A stretch of DNA of 64,000 nt, taken from contig NC_135769.1 in the NCBI RefSeq assembly GCF_052425735.1, positions 124,001 through 188,000 on the forward strand, written 5' to 3'. Of the stretch, positions 38,620 to 52,949 are shown piece by piece. Origin of the DNA: Oculina patagonica (Eukaryota). The translations under genes and the position numbers were made by a program. The notes below the pieces were generated by a model. It had not been told where the DNA came from and searched no databases. It worked only from the letters and a program-made list of their open reading frames with translations. Each line of letters starts with the position of its first letter. Position 1 is the first letter of the stretch.

Positions 38620-40060
38620 ATAGCTCTTTTTTCTGTGATGTGTCAACGTTTGCACTGGCTTTCTTTTTTTAGTAGCCATTTGAACGTGAAATTGCATACA
38701 TAAATCCACAGTCATGCGAAATGACTTGACATCTGCTTGGATAAAATCTATTTTTTAGTTGATCACAACATCACAAATAAACTCTGTTGTGTTTTGAGCC
38801 AATCAAATTGTTATAAAATGTATATAATTATGTCTGTATTCTCAGGTGACTGCTGGTGTAGACTGTGCCAATATTGGTCCAATGATGTTGAAGTTCACAC
38901 CAAACAGCAAAAATACCAACGACGACTACTACGAGCCTTGGGGAGTGGCTGCTGACCCTGATGGCCTGTTCGTGGTCTCAGATCATCACAATCACCGCCT
39001 TCAGGTTAGTTTGCCAATGTGGGACTATTACAGAAGAGGTTAAATGATCTCATATATAGTAAGGTTAAAAAAGGGAAAACCATTACATCAAAATTAGTTA
39101 GATTTATAGTTCAGATAAATAAGTATCTAGCTGATTGTGACTAATACTACAGATTTACCTGTAGGTTTATGACGCCAGTGGTCGCCTTCTGTACCAGTTT
39201 GGCACGCGGGGTAAAGCTGACGGTGAGATCTGGTACCCAGCTGGAGTGTGTGTGGGCAAAAGTGGCGATATTTACGTAGCAGATCACGGCAATCATAGAA
39301 TTCAAGTAAGATAATCTGTTAAAGTTTAACAGTTCTTTGAAATAACATTGAGTGCAACCGTGCAGTATTTTAGCTTAGGCCACAGATTTCTATGGTTTCC
39401 CCACAGCCAATTAAATGCATTAAATACCGCCCAGCTTTTACATACTTCAGTTTTGTACAATAACCGTCCCTTTGTTCCCTGTAGGTGTTCACTCATGACG
39501 GACAGTTCCTACGAAAATTTGGTTCCAAAGGCAACAGTCTTGGACAACTTAAAGGTCCCTGTGGCCTCGCTCTGGACTCGGAAGGTCGGGTCATCGTCGC
39601 CGAGCGCGATAACCACCGAATACACATCTTCGACTCCGAAGGCCAGGCGATCATGCACTTCGGCGTGTACGGAGATGGTGAAGGAAAATTCAACTGCCCA
39701 CGACATGTTGCTATTGACCAGGACGACAACATTTTAGTCTCAGATTCAGGGAATTGCCGACTGCAAAGGTTTGACAGGAAAGGACAGTTTATGGCAAAGA
39801 TTGGAGAAAAGGGTAGCAAAAATGGTCAGTTCAGTTGCCCTGCTGGGATTGCTGTGGACTCTGAGGGACACATCGCGGTTGCAGACTTGAAGAACCTCAG
39901 CGTGCAGATATTTGACTCGGATGGTGTTTTTGTAAAGAAACTCGGTGACGCGGAGACAAAGAATACGAGTGTCTTTAGCAAGCCAACAGGTGTTGCTATA
40001 TCAGGAAATGGAAATGTTCTTGTAGCGGACAGAGGAAATCATTGTGTTCAAATATTTTAA
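35027..40060 (+). CDS. TRIM-NHL E3 ligase #3 (TRIM71/TRIM2/3-like), 9 exons
   Basis: Exons 35027-35163, 36475-36811, 36931-37263, 37406-37591, 38036-38225, 38365-38543, 38846-39004, 39165-39305, 39485-40060. RING CGIC..CLHSFCQNC..CSRC, B-boxes, filamin DNDDGTYTASFTP, NHL repeats. Confidence 0.93.
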
Positions 40061-41185
40061 TAGAATAGAAACACCTAAATAGTGTTTAAGCCTAAGGAGA
40101 GAATGGAGGCTGACTGGCACTTATCTATAAACAGTTAATTAGTAGGCCTGGCAATAATTTTCCTTGCTCAGCAAGGTTTATATGTTGGCACCCCGTTAGT
40201 GAGACCCTCTGACACTGAGAAGACCGTGACCTTAAAGAACTGGTAGCATATAACAGACTTCTTAGAGTTATTCCGATAATGCAATGCGCAAAAGTTTAGC
40301 AATCCAAATCATGCCCTTTAAACTTTATCTAGATCTAAACAGAGTTACTCTCCTAGGAGACAGATCAGGAATCAATTCGTTACTTTAGTACACGGTAGCT
40401 CCTTCGCGAGGAAATGCGTCGGAAATTTGTCAAGAAAGTCCAGGGGTAGAAAACGTGATGTGTGCCACACGTTATATTGATATTGCTTTTCGCCGTCTTA
40501 GTTCAAAAGAGACCTTTATTTCCTGTAGAAAAAAATTGGTTATATCGTTCAAGAATACTCAAAAATGAAGGTTGATAAAGATTTCAGCCATTGTGGGTTT
40601 TGGCTTTCTCGTGCGCATCCTTTACATACAGGTTTTATGACGTCACGCATTTTCTCGTTTTCCTCACAATAAAACTGAGCTGTTGGTTTCTGACTCCGAC
40701 ATAAAAAAATCAACAATGTTGATGTGTAGCAAAATTCAATACCCAAGATAACTGATATTTTTCTAATCCAATTGCCCCATTTCTTCGTCAAATGTTTAGT
40801 TAAGATTTCTATTTCTAACGAGTTAGCAGGAATTTGTTCCGAGAGTAGAAGTTCTTAGTTTTTTGAGGGCGTGACATGTTATGCTAATTTTCTCCAACGC
40901 AATAAAAATTAAATAAACAAATAAGTAGTAGGGAAAGAGACTTAGACAAGTAAAGTAATGTTTAACTTCCTTTTGTTTTACTTTTCAGCCGTTTTCGTTC
41001 ACTAACTCTCCGGTTTAGATAAGTTAGTTTACCATGTTACCTGTTTCGTTTCTTGCTACCTTTCTAGTTTTGTTTGTAACCGCTGACATTTTCACCAACT
41101 GGAACACTAATAAAATAGAAGGGTATTCAGTAACAATAGTAAAATTGCGTTATATAGATATTTCTTAACATGTCGTAATTAAGAT

Positions 41186-41373
41186 TATCCTCGGAGACCC
41201 ATGGGCAGTTAGTGGGGTGAGGGAAACGCCAAACTGCGGGAAAAAAGTTTGGCATGGGAAATTTTGGAGCGATTGCTCCAACTTTTCTATGCCGAAATGT
41301 TTTCCCGCAGTTTGGCGTTTCCCTCACCCCCCCCCCCCCCCCCCCACTAACTGCCCATGGGTCTCCGAGGATG
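41186..41373. mobile_element. Fold-back MITE (near-perfect hairpin)
   Basis: ATCCTCGGAGACCCATGGGCAGTTAGTG...CACTAACTGCCCATGGGTCTCCGAGGAT. Imperfect 9-bp TSD AATTAAGAT/AATTGAAAT. Confidence 0.8.
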
Positions 41374-42759
41374 AATTGAAATTAGAGCAAAAGAGAGACT
41401 TATTGCAGTCTTAATTGAAATGTGATCCATGGCAAATGTAAATAGACTTATGTCAAGTAAACATCGTAAATGGAATGAAGTAAAGGTACATTATCACTTG
41501 TGAAAACTGATTTTGTTGATATCCTCTGCTGAATAAATAAACACCCAATATTTCATTTCTGTTACTAAAAAATATAAATTTCTTTCTCTACTGAAAAAAA
41601 TCTTTGTATAACCATATGCTGCTTTGTAGCCTTTGTAGACCGTCACAGTACCGAAAGGAAGTAAACAGAATGTTGTTGTAGTTAAAATTTATGTTTGGTA
41701 TAAAACGTTTCAAACCAGTTTGCTTCTTATTAAATTCCTTTTGTTTCAGATTAGTTATTAAGACAATGAAAAATAAAGATCAAATTGGTTTGACAAATTT
41801 TAAATCTAAGATGATTTTTTTACCACAACTGACTGAAGACGGTGCACGCAACGAAGACGAAAAGAACACGAACAGAAAAAGAAAACTGGCTCCCCTTCCC
41901 CCTCCCCCATATCCCCCCCTCTTAAAAATCACGATGCGCTTTTTCATCATCCTCTTTCTCGTCTTCTGCAAGCATGTTTTTTTTTGTTGCCTGTCGGACC
42001 GACGCGGGCTCCGCGTTGTCGTATGTTCATCACCGCAGTTTGCGTGTTTTTTCAGTTTAAGGGCTACGACAGCCAAAGTACCAGAGTATTTAAAAAAAAA
42101 GCTTGCGGTCGACGTTTTCAGTTTTATGCATTTACCGCACTGGTCTTACCCGCTACTTTAAGTCAATTTCACCGAAAAATGAATGGAATAGTGAATAATG
42201 GAATTCTGAAAACTACTGTACACGCAGTTTCTCAAGCAGCTCCGTCAATCAAAATTGATCACTTAAATATTTTGCCTCGTACTTTGCTAAGGCTTACATT
42301 AATCAAGTTTTACGAAAATAAGCTGGCAGTAGTTCTCAGATTCGCCAAATTTGCGAGGGTGACCGCTTGTGTGGGGTACTCCGGATTAGACAGTTGTCGT
42401 AAATAAACGCTTTGTTACCTTGTTTAGCAATATCCCTTGATATTTTTTTGTTTGTTTGTTTGTTTACTTTTTTAGTTATTGTTTGTTTTGGCTTCCTTCT
42501 TACTCCACGTTCTTCAGTTGTCAGTCCAGGACAAGGATACTGATTTTACAAAATATAGTGCCTGCCTTGCATCATGGGACTTCTCTTACTGCGCATGGTC
42601 ACACGTGGATTTTCAACATGGCGTCTTGTGATTGCAGGGAAATAATATTGTTATTTTGACTGGTTATTGGCTCTCCAATCTTAAATTTTAAAACAAAACA
42701 TCGAAAACGATCGCAGTGAAAATCAATATTAATTTATAAATCAAGTTATTAAGTGCATC

Positions 42760-45700
42760 ATGCGTCGAGTTGGCGCGTTAAGAAATCGGAAACAAACGCT
42801 TAAAGTTTTGAAAGAACTTGACGCTTTCCCGAAAGTCCCAGAAAATTATCAACAAACTTCCGCTAGCGGTGGTTCTGGTGAGTTGACTTCTGTTATCTTC
42901 CTTCTATCTGTATCATTCGATATTGCTTTTTAGCTGAGGTTATATTAGTTTAATTATATTTATTTTGTTGAAAGGAATCATCGCTAACTGCTGTACATCT
43001 ATACAAGCTTAGCTCATTAATTTATGCTTCGATAAGCAAGCTTTAATATACATACTTATGTTCTTGTATTTTCTCGTTGTCAAGGCCATCATAAAATTGT
43101 GTTTGTACTAATTTCTTATTCTTTTGCCAATTTTCTGGTGGTAATGTAAACTGAATAGGAAATATAGGTATTGCATCCTTTACGTTTTGACATATTTATG
43201 CCTTGAATAATATAATTAAAAAATAACGTTGACATTATAATTAATTTTAAACTTCAGCTTTTTATCTTCTCCATAATTTTAAAGAGTGGATTTTAAGCTC
43301 AGGGCCTTAGTTTTAAAGGTGCTATGTACACTGGTATAGTAAAATAGTTTATCACCTTAGCATATCACAAAACAAATCTTGTTTCCCTTTAGATCAATCT
43401 GCTGCTTATGCATGTACCAATGAGAGTCTTCTCTGAACTATAGTGGAATCCCGATTGCTCGAACCTCCGGATAACTCAGCCAAAAGTCATTTACCTCTCT
43501 TAGTCCAACAATGTAATTTTACCCCCAAGTTGTCAAATTCCCAGACTTCTCAAACCAATTTTTGTTTCCCTTGGTAGGTTCAAGAAATTGGGATTTCACT
43601 GTAGTCAGTTTCATTATTATTAGCATGCCCAAAGACAACATCAAAATTTCATTTTCTCTTTACCTTGTTATTTGGAAGCCACTAAATTTCATATTTTCTT
43701 GCCTTTCTTTTTACAGTCTCCATCCTTATTTTTGTATTTATTGGAATTCTTGTGGTGTCGGAGTTCTGGTACTACAGAGCAGTGGAAACCAAATATGATT
43801 ATGAAGTAGACACAGATGCTGATAGGTATGTTTACAAGTTACATGGCTTCAATCAAAATACAATATCCCCTTACAATCTTAGTACCTTATCCAGCAGAAG
43901 GGTGGCAAGAATTTAAAAAAAAATTTATCAAATCAGAATGTTGTTTGATGTGCTTTAAATTCTCCGAACTAACATTTGAATGGAAACGATGACAAACAAT
44001 GCAGAGAATTAAACTTGCAAATCTCACTTGCACCCATGACAGATTGAATTGCAAATCTCACTTGCACCCGTATGACTAGCATTGAATAAATTCAATCGTG
44101 GAAGATGGTGAATTGATTTATTTCATCCTTTAAGTTTGCCAGCAAGTTTGAAGTTTACATGAAGCTACATGTGTACCCCATACATGACCATGTGTTTCAA
44201 ATGCAAACTAATGCAAATTTACCATAGTAAATGTACTTGATAACTTAAATGTTTTATTGTGCTGATGAAATAGTTATTTACATTCCTGTATGCATGTATG
44301 AATTAACACATTTTTTATAATTTTTATCTTTTGACAGTAAACTTCAAATCAATGTTGATCTTACCGTAGCAATGAAATGTGAAAGTGAGTGACTGTTATA
44401 TTAAGGATAATCTTTAAACAATATATTTTATGAGTTCTAATTATTGAAAACTCTATCATTAGTTGAACAAAGTGAATTTTTTGTTTGAGTAACTACAGCT
44501 GTACTACCATTTACTTATCTATAATATTTAATTTATCTTCTTTAAATGTTTCAGATATAGGAGCAGATGTCCTAGATTTATCTGGCACGACATTAGAATT
44601 AGGAGACAAACTGAAATTAGAACCAGTAAGTTTTTATCAACAAATTTATTATAAATATATGTCTGTTTTAGTAAGAGTAAATTTATGTTAAGGAAATGTT
44701 GCTGTAACTGAAGGATTAATCCAGTGATTTAATTTTATTTGACAGAGCTATTTTGAATTAACCTCTGAACAAAGTTCTTGGTTAAGGTAAGTACATTTTA
44801 CAAATTTATAAATTTATTAAAAATAGTTACATTTGCTTACCTCTGGTAACTGATTTAGCACAAGTGTTAAATTATGGGGCCAAGCATTCAAATATAAGAA
44901 ACAAACACCGTGTTACAAATTAAAGTTGGCTATTTAGAAGCATGGCCGAGGAGTTGAACTCGAATCTTCCATAAAACAACTCATGGTAGTGGTCAGAATG
45001 GGACTTGAAGCCAGGACCTCTGGCTATTTACAAGTCCGGCACCCTAACCACTCCACGCTGCCTTCTCAACATATAAAGAAAGGTATCATTTGTGCATAAA
45101 TACATGTGTTGATTATTGTCTTTTTGTATGCAATATCTGCGGCCCGCGAGGATTTTTTTTATTTATAACTGCAAGTCTGTTCAAGCCTACTGTAGCTTGT
45201 CATCAAGCTATGTACATAATAAATTATTGCACAGTGTCTGTGATAAGGATACCAGTTTCCCTCCTTGGATATTACCATTATTTCTAATAATTTATATATG
45301 TTTTTTGATATTATCTTTTAGCATGTTCAGACAAATGCATGCTTTTATGGAAGGATATAGGGCACTGAAGATCCTTGAAGAGTTTAAAGGTGATTTACCC
45401 ACCTACATGCCTAAAAGGTCAGTAAACTACTCGAAGCTATTTTAGCAGCTTCAAAATATGATGTAATTTTTACTTTTTAATCAATCAATCAATCAATCAA
45501 ACTTTATTTATCGAGGGTAACACGTAATAGTTTGTCAAGTAAGTTAATAATAAATCATTCTTTCCACAAGATGCAGTAAGGGGCCATGTACTTTTCAAAA
45601 TTTTGGAAATTATTTTAAGGTCTTGAGCAAGTTATAATTTCAGCAAACTAAACATATCCAAGTTATGACTCCCACATTGCAAGGTGACTGATAATGTTTT

Positions 45701-48700
45701 TTTTTTTCAACTTCCTGGTACTCTGCAGAGAGGATGAGGGAAAACAAGAGAAGCCTTTTGATGCTTGTCGGGTTCATGGCTCCTTTGAGGTTAACAAAGT
45801 GGCTGGTAATTTTCATATCACTGCTGGCAAGTAAGTACAGCATCACACTTGTTAAAGTTGTTTGCCCTACATGTATGACTAAGTGGTAAATATTTCTTAC
45901 AAAGTAACCAAATTGATATCAAGACCTGTTCACATTTATTATTCTAATTTAAAATTTGTTTTTTATATTCAATCTTTTCTTTTTTTCTACTTTTTACCTT
46001 CAGGTCTATTTATCATCCCAGAGGACATGCCCATTTAAGTGCTATGGTTCCCTCTGATGGTAAGCTTTTTGGTTGCCGTCTAATGTTGTTTATTATTTTT
46101 TTTATTATTATTCGATAATTTTATTCTCTCATTAAATTAAATCCAGTGGCCTTTTTTATTTACAAGTTACTCGAGAGAGCACATGTTTACATGTATTCCT
46201 TTACTCACTTGTTACTCCGTCACATGTGTAGTCTCATGTTAATCATGCCTTCATATCTATCCACAGCGTTTAACTATTCTCACAGAATTGACGTCTTATC
46301 CTTTGGTCACTGGGTGCCTGGCTATGTAAATCCTCTTGATGGAGACATTGTTACCACTGACAAAAGTAAGTCAACATTAACAAAGATTGTGATAGGAAGC
46401 TACTAACAGAACACTTGAGAGAGCAAGAGAAACTTGTTAGTGTGGTTTATAATTTATGTGTGAAGCTTGTAAATGTCTGTGTTGGAAATGTCTGTGTTAC
46501 ACATTCTAGTTATAAATTAAGTTTATTTTACATGCCAGTCTTCTATGTTTTATAAAAGAAATGTTAAAAAATTATGAACTTTTCTTGGGTTGGTTTTTGT
46601 GCAAGTTATACATCAATTAGAGCAGAATTATGTGTTTTACAATGTAAATATACCGAACCGCCGGGCGGGGGGGGGGCGCGGGGGCGCGCGGGCGCCGCAG
46701 AGGGCGGGGGGCGGGGCCGGGGGGCGCGGCGGGGGGGGGGGGGGGGGGGGGGGGAGGGGGGGGGGGGCGCAAGAAAAACGTAATCATTGAATACACTCTT
46801 TGACTACCATCTTATTGTTTCCACTCATTTAGCATATCTTGTTTTTCTTTACCTTCAGACTTACAGATGTACCAATATTACATTCAGGTTGGTTTGTTGT
46901 TTGAAATTGAGTGCAAACTGATTGAGGACCTGTGTGTCTTTTTTATTTATTAATTATTTCCTTTTTTATGGTTCCACAGATAGTACCAACAACAATTAAA
47001 TCACTTAATGGCCGCGAAACAAGAACAAACCAATACTCAGTCACACAAAGGGTAAGTCAGTCAGTACAATTTGTTAACAAATCTAAACAGGAATAACAAA
47101 ATGATCCCCCAATAATACACCCACGTTCATTTAAAATGATTCATTTCTCTTTCAGATCCGTGAAATAAACCATGATGCTGGAAGCCATGGAATTTCTGGT
47201 GAGAATAATTATCTACAGTCATATCATGCAACTTGAAACCTAACCCTAACACTACCCCTCTTCTCCATTACTTGGAGTAATTTCTAATCATTATTTGACA
47301 TTAATGTTATAGAAGTGGCTAGATAAACACATTAAAAGTATTTTGATATTTTTGTTTTATTTTTGCTAGGAATTTTCTTCAAGTATGACATGTCGTCAAT
47401 AATGGTGCGAGTTGAAAGCCGCCACAGATCGTTCTGGGGTTTCTTGGTGCGTCTGTGTGGTATTGTTGGAGGAATTTTTGCAACATCAGGTAAAATTCTA
47501 TTATCACTTACTCAAATGTTGTTTAGTTAATTTGCATGTGGTCAGTTTCATTGCCTGACCGTCCCTCTTCTTCCCTTGCTATTGGCACTCAGTCACTGGC
47601 AGTGTTTTGACCTCCTTAATTCCTGTTGAACATTCCAAAAATTTACAAGTACATTGTGCATGTTTTACTCATTGTTTGAGAATACTTAGAGTAGAGTTCA
47701 TTGTTTATGATTGAAAATTAGTTTTACTTTCTTTCTGTTCCAGGCATGCTGCATTCCTTCATCGGATTCTTGTTTGATGTATTAACTTGTCAGTTTCAGT
47801 GGAACAAAAAAGATGAAAAAGTGAGTTTTAGTCATGATGCTATAAACTTCATGGATGTCGTGAATTGAGTGCAAGTCTGACCAACAATTGTTTCTTCATA
47901 TTGTGTTACTACCATACACCATGGAGCGGCAGGGAGAGAGGGGGAAGAGGAGGGGATTACCACGGAGTACAAATGGATACATAGGAATTGCAGTAGCCTG
48001 CGTTGCAGAGGAACCAAACCCCGGTATAGGCCGTCTGCGAATCAAAGCACAAAAGCTTGTTCCGGCCCCTCGTGTGTTACCAAGGATTTCTATAATAACC
48101 TCTGATTAGCTCTTGAATAGGGCCATTCTTTTGTGTGCCGTGATTGGTCGAATGGATCTTGTATTAAACACGAAAGTTACGCTTTTGATGAATAACAGAC
48201 ACATAATAAACTTGCAGCGATCACGGCAGATCAGTGAGAATTAGCCTTTGAAGCGGTAAAAAAGCAACCGGTAACAATAATAACCACAACAAGCAAACAC
48301 AACTGACAAGCAAAAAGGTCATGGTAGAAATGTTAATAATCTACATTTGTCTTGTGGTGAAAGAATGTCACACAACGAACATCCGTCATCTGTGATGAGA
48401 AGCAACACACAGGTCTTGCAACACAATAAACAGCTGAACCCGGCATTACAAATGCAGAATGCAAGTAGTCGACATCTTCACGGAAAATTTAAGATCAGAG
48501 CGTATATTTCGTGAGCTCAAAAAATATCTTGCAAACATGAATGTTCCAAGACTAACCGCAATAGTAAAATTTATTTAACATATGACAGATTTAAAACAGA
48601 GGTGTCAAAATATAAAAACGAAAAGCCGTGCAGACTATGACCTATACACATTTGCTATTAAAGCGACAGTCTTATGGCTCTACTCAACTTAAAACACCTC

Positions 48701-49740
48701 CAAATAATATAGCGTACAGCATAAAGTGCCCTTTCTAAACAAGTGAAAAGCGAAATAAATTGGATGACCAATTCCACAGAACGGCAAATATAAAAATTAT
48801 ATGACAAGAACATCTCACTGTAACTGGTATCTGGTATTCATCGAACGCGTAACTATGGTTTCACAAGATCCACTCGACCAATTATGGTGCACGAAAGAAC
48901 AGCCCTATTCAAGAGCCAATCAGAGATTATTATAGAAATCCCTGGTAACACGCGGGGAGCCGGAACAAGCTTTTGTGCTTTGATTCGCAGACGGACTATA
49001 CCAGGGTTTTGTTCGTCTGCAACGCAGGCTAGAATTGCAGTGGCAGCCTGGAAAATGCCAGAGTGGACTAGCAATCCTATCAATCATCCAATATAATATT
49101 AGTTTAAATCACTGGCAAGCCACTTGGCTCTCACAACAAAATTTGAATTGGAAAAAAAAAACATCAATTAGATCATGTTGCATGTAGATTGCAATCATGA
49201 CAGTTCAACTCACTGAACAAAGTACTAAAATAACTCAACTGCTCATTGTTGATTGGCTAACGACAAAACGGTAGTGTTTGCTATTCTCTCTGTGGCTGAC
49301 AATCAATGAACCTATTTTCTGTGCACAATGTGCCCCATGAAGAGTGCCTTTCTTTGACAGAGATGATTGGGCAAATCCTCTCCCGGAGTGGATTAGCCAG
49401 TTCCTGTGATGCACCATGATCTGAGTGATCTCAGATTGCTGATCCTGATCAGGAATCAGGAACATCTAAAGAAATGCACCCACAGAAAACCTTTCAAATT
49501 CATTGATGGGGTGTAAAGTTATTGAAATAACTTGTTGTTGTTGTTATCTTTCAGCCCCTTACAATGTCAGATATCTCTCCAGAAACAACTGTGGTCCAAC
49601 CAAATGGTTTACCTCCTCAACAAACTGACCTAAGTCAAGACCCTGTTGTCAGTTTCTCTACTGACGGAGTCAACTCAGGAGTCAACATTATTCCACCAGG
49701 CAGTGTTGTTCTTGAAGATCAATCAGCAGTGATAACATAA
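42760..49740 (+). CDS. ERGIC2: Endoplasmic reticulum-Golgi intermediate compartment protein 2, about 15 exons
   Basis: Exon 1 (42760-42877) MRRVGALRNRKQTLKVLKELDAFPKVPENYQQTSASGG. Later exons give INVDLTVAMKC, DACRVHGSFEVNKVAGNFHITAG, FNYSHRIDVLSFG, NPLDG, TNQYSVT, GIFFKYD and FLVRLCGIVGGIFATSG. The last exon is 49555-49740. Confidence 0.93.
43441..43601. mobile_element. Tc1/mariner-type MITE in ERGIC2 intron 1
   Basis: TA-TAGTGGAATCCCGATT...AATTGGGATTTCACTG-TA. Confidence 0.6.
44925..45065 (-). mobile_element. Degenerate tRNA-derived SINE fragment
   Basis: Minus strand GGCAGCGTGGAGTGGTTAGGG...TTCAAGTCCC...GAGTTCAACTCCTCGGCCATG. A related fragment lies on + near 61030-61130. Confidence 0.55.
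47994..49031. mobile_element. Non-autonomous DNA transposon of about 1.04 kb with TIRs of about 165 bp and a 9-bp TSD (Mutator-like)
   Basis: TAGCCTGCGTTGCAGA...TCTGCAACGCAGGCTA with perfect TSD GAATTGCAG at 47985-47993 and 49032-49040. No internal ORF. Confidence 0.88.
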
Positions 49741-52700
49741 ATTTATTTATACAGACTGCTTTTAATTCCCTTAACGCAGTTTAGAAGTTTGAGAATGGTT
49801 TGATAAAAAGACAGTTCATAATCATTAATTTTGACGTAGAAATTCTGGTTGATTAAAAAGTCTGATCCTTCAACATTAGTCAGCTTTGGATTGTCTTGCT
49901 ACTTGTAGAAGACGAGAGGAAGAGTACTAATCATACCAAAAGGTGGCATAATAATTATTTATTAAATTAATAGCTGTCCAACCAGACATCATCACAAATT
50001 TTATGCAGTGAGATTTAATTCGACAGAAAAATTTCCAGTGGAAGGCCTAAGAACTTCAACCCCCCCCCCCCAAAAAAAAAGAAGGAAATATGAGATTTTG
50101 GAGGGGGGAGGTGCTTTCTGATGGATTTTGGATTCAACAACATATATGGAAAACAGTTTGAGGGTTCTAAGCAACAAGTGGACATTTAGGTTTTCAACAT
50201 TTTAACTTTAAAACATATCAATTTGATGTAGAACACAATACAGATTGAAACTGTAGCATAACTGCAGCAGGTGAGCAAGACAGAAATTAAATAAATATTG
50301 AACAAAATAAAAGAATAGATCTAACATCAAGTTTGTAGACTTTTGTATGGATTACATGCCCAATCATGCAAAGGTTCAGTGTTAAGTAAATTATATAAGG
50401 TTTCAATCCTTTTCCTTTCAAACCTTTTGGCGCAAATCTAATTTTTATGTGCTACATGAATTTCTAGATGTAGATAATGGTTTTATGTTTACTGGGTGGA
50501 TTTCTAAAAAGTGAAATTAAATATAATTTGTTGTCACCAAGAAACAATTTTATGGTCAAAAATACACCTCAAACCATTACCATCTTCACTCCTGGCACCA
50601 ACAGACTGCCTGATTATTATACATTAAGTCTAACCTATGCAGGTAAATCTTACAGAACTTTGTAAATCATTGTGTTCTGCAAGTACATGTTACACTGTGC
50701 TGTATGCAAAGAGATCTTAACTCGATTGTGATCAGTATTTAGGGCCAGGTCTAGGAGTGCAACAAGAACAAAAACACATTTTTGAGAAATAACTTTATTA
50801 ATATGGTAATACTAAAAAGGACATTTCCTTGGTTTCTTCAGATCTTACAAATAATTGTTTGGCACAAAGGTTTAACCTAGCAGGCTTACCCAATGGCTTA
50901 AAACAATGAGTCATGAAAATACCCACCATAACAATTTAAATTTTGTATTAAAGAACCTCTTTCTGTGTGTGCACACTTAGATGCTATGGTATAATTTACT
51001 GAAGATAGTAAAAACAGTGACAAACTAAGTACAAAGTAAACTTCAACAAGGTAGAAAATAATAATTGATATTATTTTATTTAATAATTTCAAAGTTATGG
51101 AGTTACATGTACATTAGCTCTCTTTTGTTTGAGTTTCTTAAACTGACAGTTAATAAACTTATCCAAAGAAGTCTGATTTTCTTGTGTTTGGTTTCTGCCT
51201 GGTTAGTAGAATAGTAGAAAATTGACATTCAGGGTTTTTTGAATCCAGTCCTGATCTGACATTCTCTGTGTCACACAATGCTGTGCCTGTGACACTGAAG
51301 TGCTACATGTCACAGAGAAGGCCATGCTAGACTACTGTTTGTGTAAGTTACATGTTAAAGTTAATATTGTGCCGCGGGCTTCACTAGAGTACATGTATTA
51401 ATCTTAATGTAACACCACATTCTTGGAAGACCCTTGGAACTAACATTAAAACATTAAATCTATGGTAAACAGTTGGGGAATTTAATGGCAAGTAACAACC
51501 ACATAATTGAGTTAGAAGCAGGGGAAAGCTGAATTCCAAGAAGAAAAAGCAAAACTTCCAAAAAACGAAAAGTACGTGCACATTACACTTACTCTGACTA
51601 TTGCATCATGCAGCTTTGTATGTACACCAAGTCTTGTCAATTATAAAAATATTATTATATTAAATAAATTAAGCACAGTATCTTACAGAACCAGATTTTT
51701 TTCACACACAGATTGGCTAATTTTGAAACAGTATAACTACATTGTACTAAGCAGTTAATATCCAAAGTGGGATCATTAAATAACTTGCAGCTACTTCATA
51801 CAGGTTGCTTATGCTTCATACACACACAGTTCATATTATCTGCTGCTATTATCTCTACCTCTATCCCCACAATAGTTTTTGAATAATTATTTATTTCTAA
51901 TATTGTTTTCAATTCTATCCAAGGCCATTTGGGGCCATTTCTTTTGCTTGCTTTTTAACTCTTTCCTCATATTCCATCCGACTTTGACTACAACAGATAG
52001 AAAGTTAAGAGTTATCAGAAAAGGAAAGCATTGTCAACTCTACACTTTGTTCCCTGGAGGGGGCAGTACTTTACACCTAACATCAAACCAATAATATTGT
52101 AAACACCCTCGTGTACATGTTTATTGTACATTCAATGGGCATGTGATAAACTGAATTCCCAAAACCTCTTTTTTTCAAACTCCCAAAGATCTCTCAAATT
52201 AAAAATCTCGATGATTTGGTAAGTGCAGAATGCAATATGGAACAATTGAAAGTATGATGTTTTATATATGTTCGTGTTTATTTGCTTTATTTTACTTTCG
52301 GAAAAACTGTTCACAGGCTACTTGTATTCTCCCAGGTGTTCCACGCATCTGCAACGAACACACACTTGCAGATCTCCCAAAATGCGAAACATGAAACTGT
52401 GGGGGACGAGAATTAATTAATTAAGTACGGAGACTGCACCGACAAACACTCACGGACGAACAGCTAGGAATTGCCGGCCGCCAAAAATCCCGGTGCAAGT
52501 GCATACCTAAACGAGCGGGAAGTCAACGAAAAATTCAGCGCGCGAAGCGCAGGAAGCCACCGCAACACCAAAAGCGATGATGAAGTCCAGAAACACGTGA
52601 CCTGCGACGGAGAGTACGGAGAGAGGGAACACGAGACAGCAGATGTGCCAGGACCGGGCGTGTACCCCCACCCCCACCCCCCCACAAGGAAAAAGAAGAC

Positions 52701-52949
52701 ACAAGGACGACAGCCCACCAAGGCCAAAAAACAATGACCCAAAAACCCGCCCCCGAGCCGACGAACGAGTGCGAGGAGGACTCCCTCGGCGGACGGGCGA
52801 GCAGACGGAGCCAGACACGCAGGGGAAAGTGCCCGCCCGGGAACGTCAGCGACGGCCTCGCCCGGGTGCGAGAGACCAGAATCACAAGCGCCCCAGCGCC
52901 CCCGCCCCCCGCTGCCCGACCCCGACCAAGACCGGAGGGGAGAGGACTC

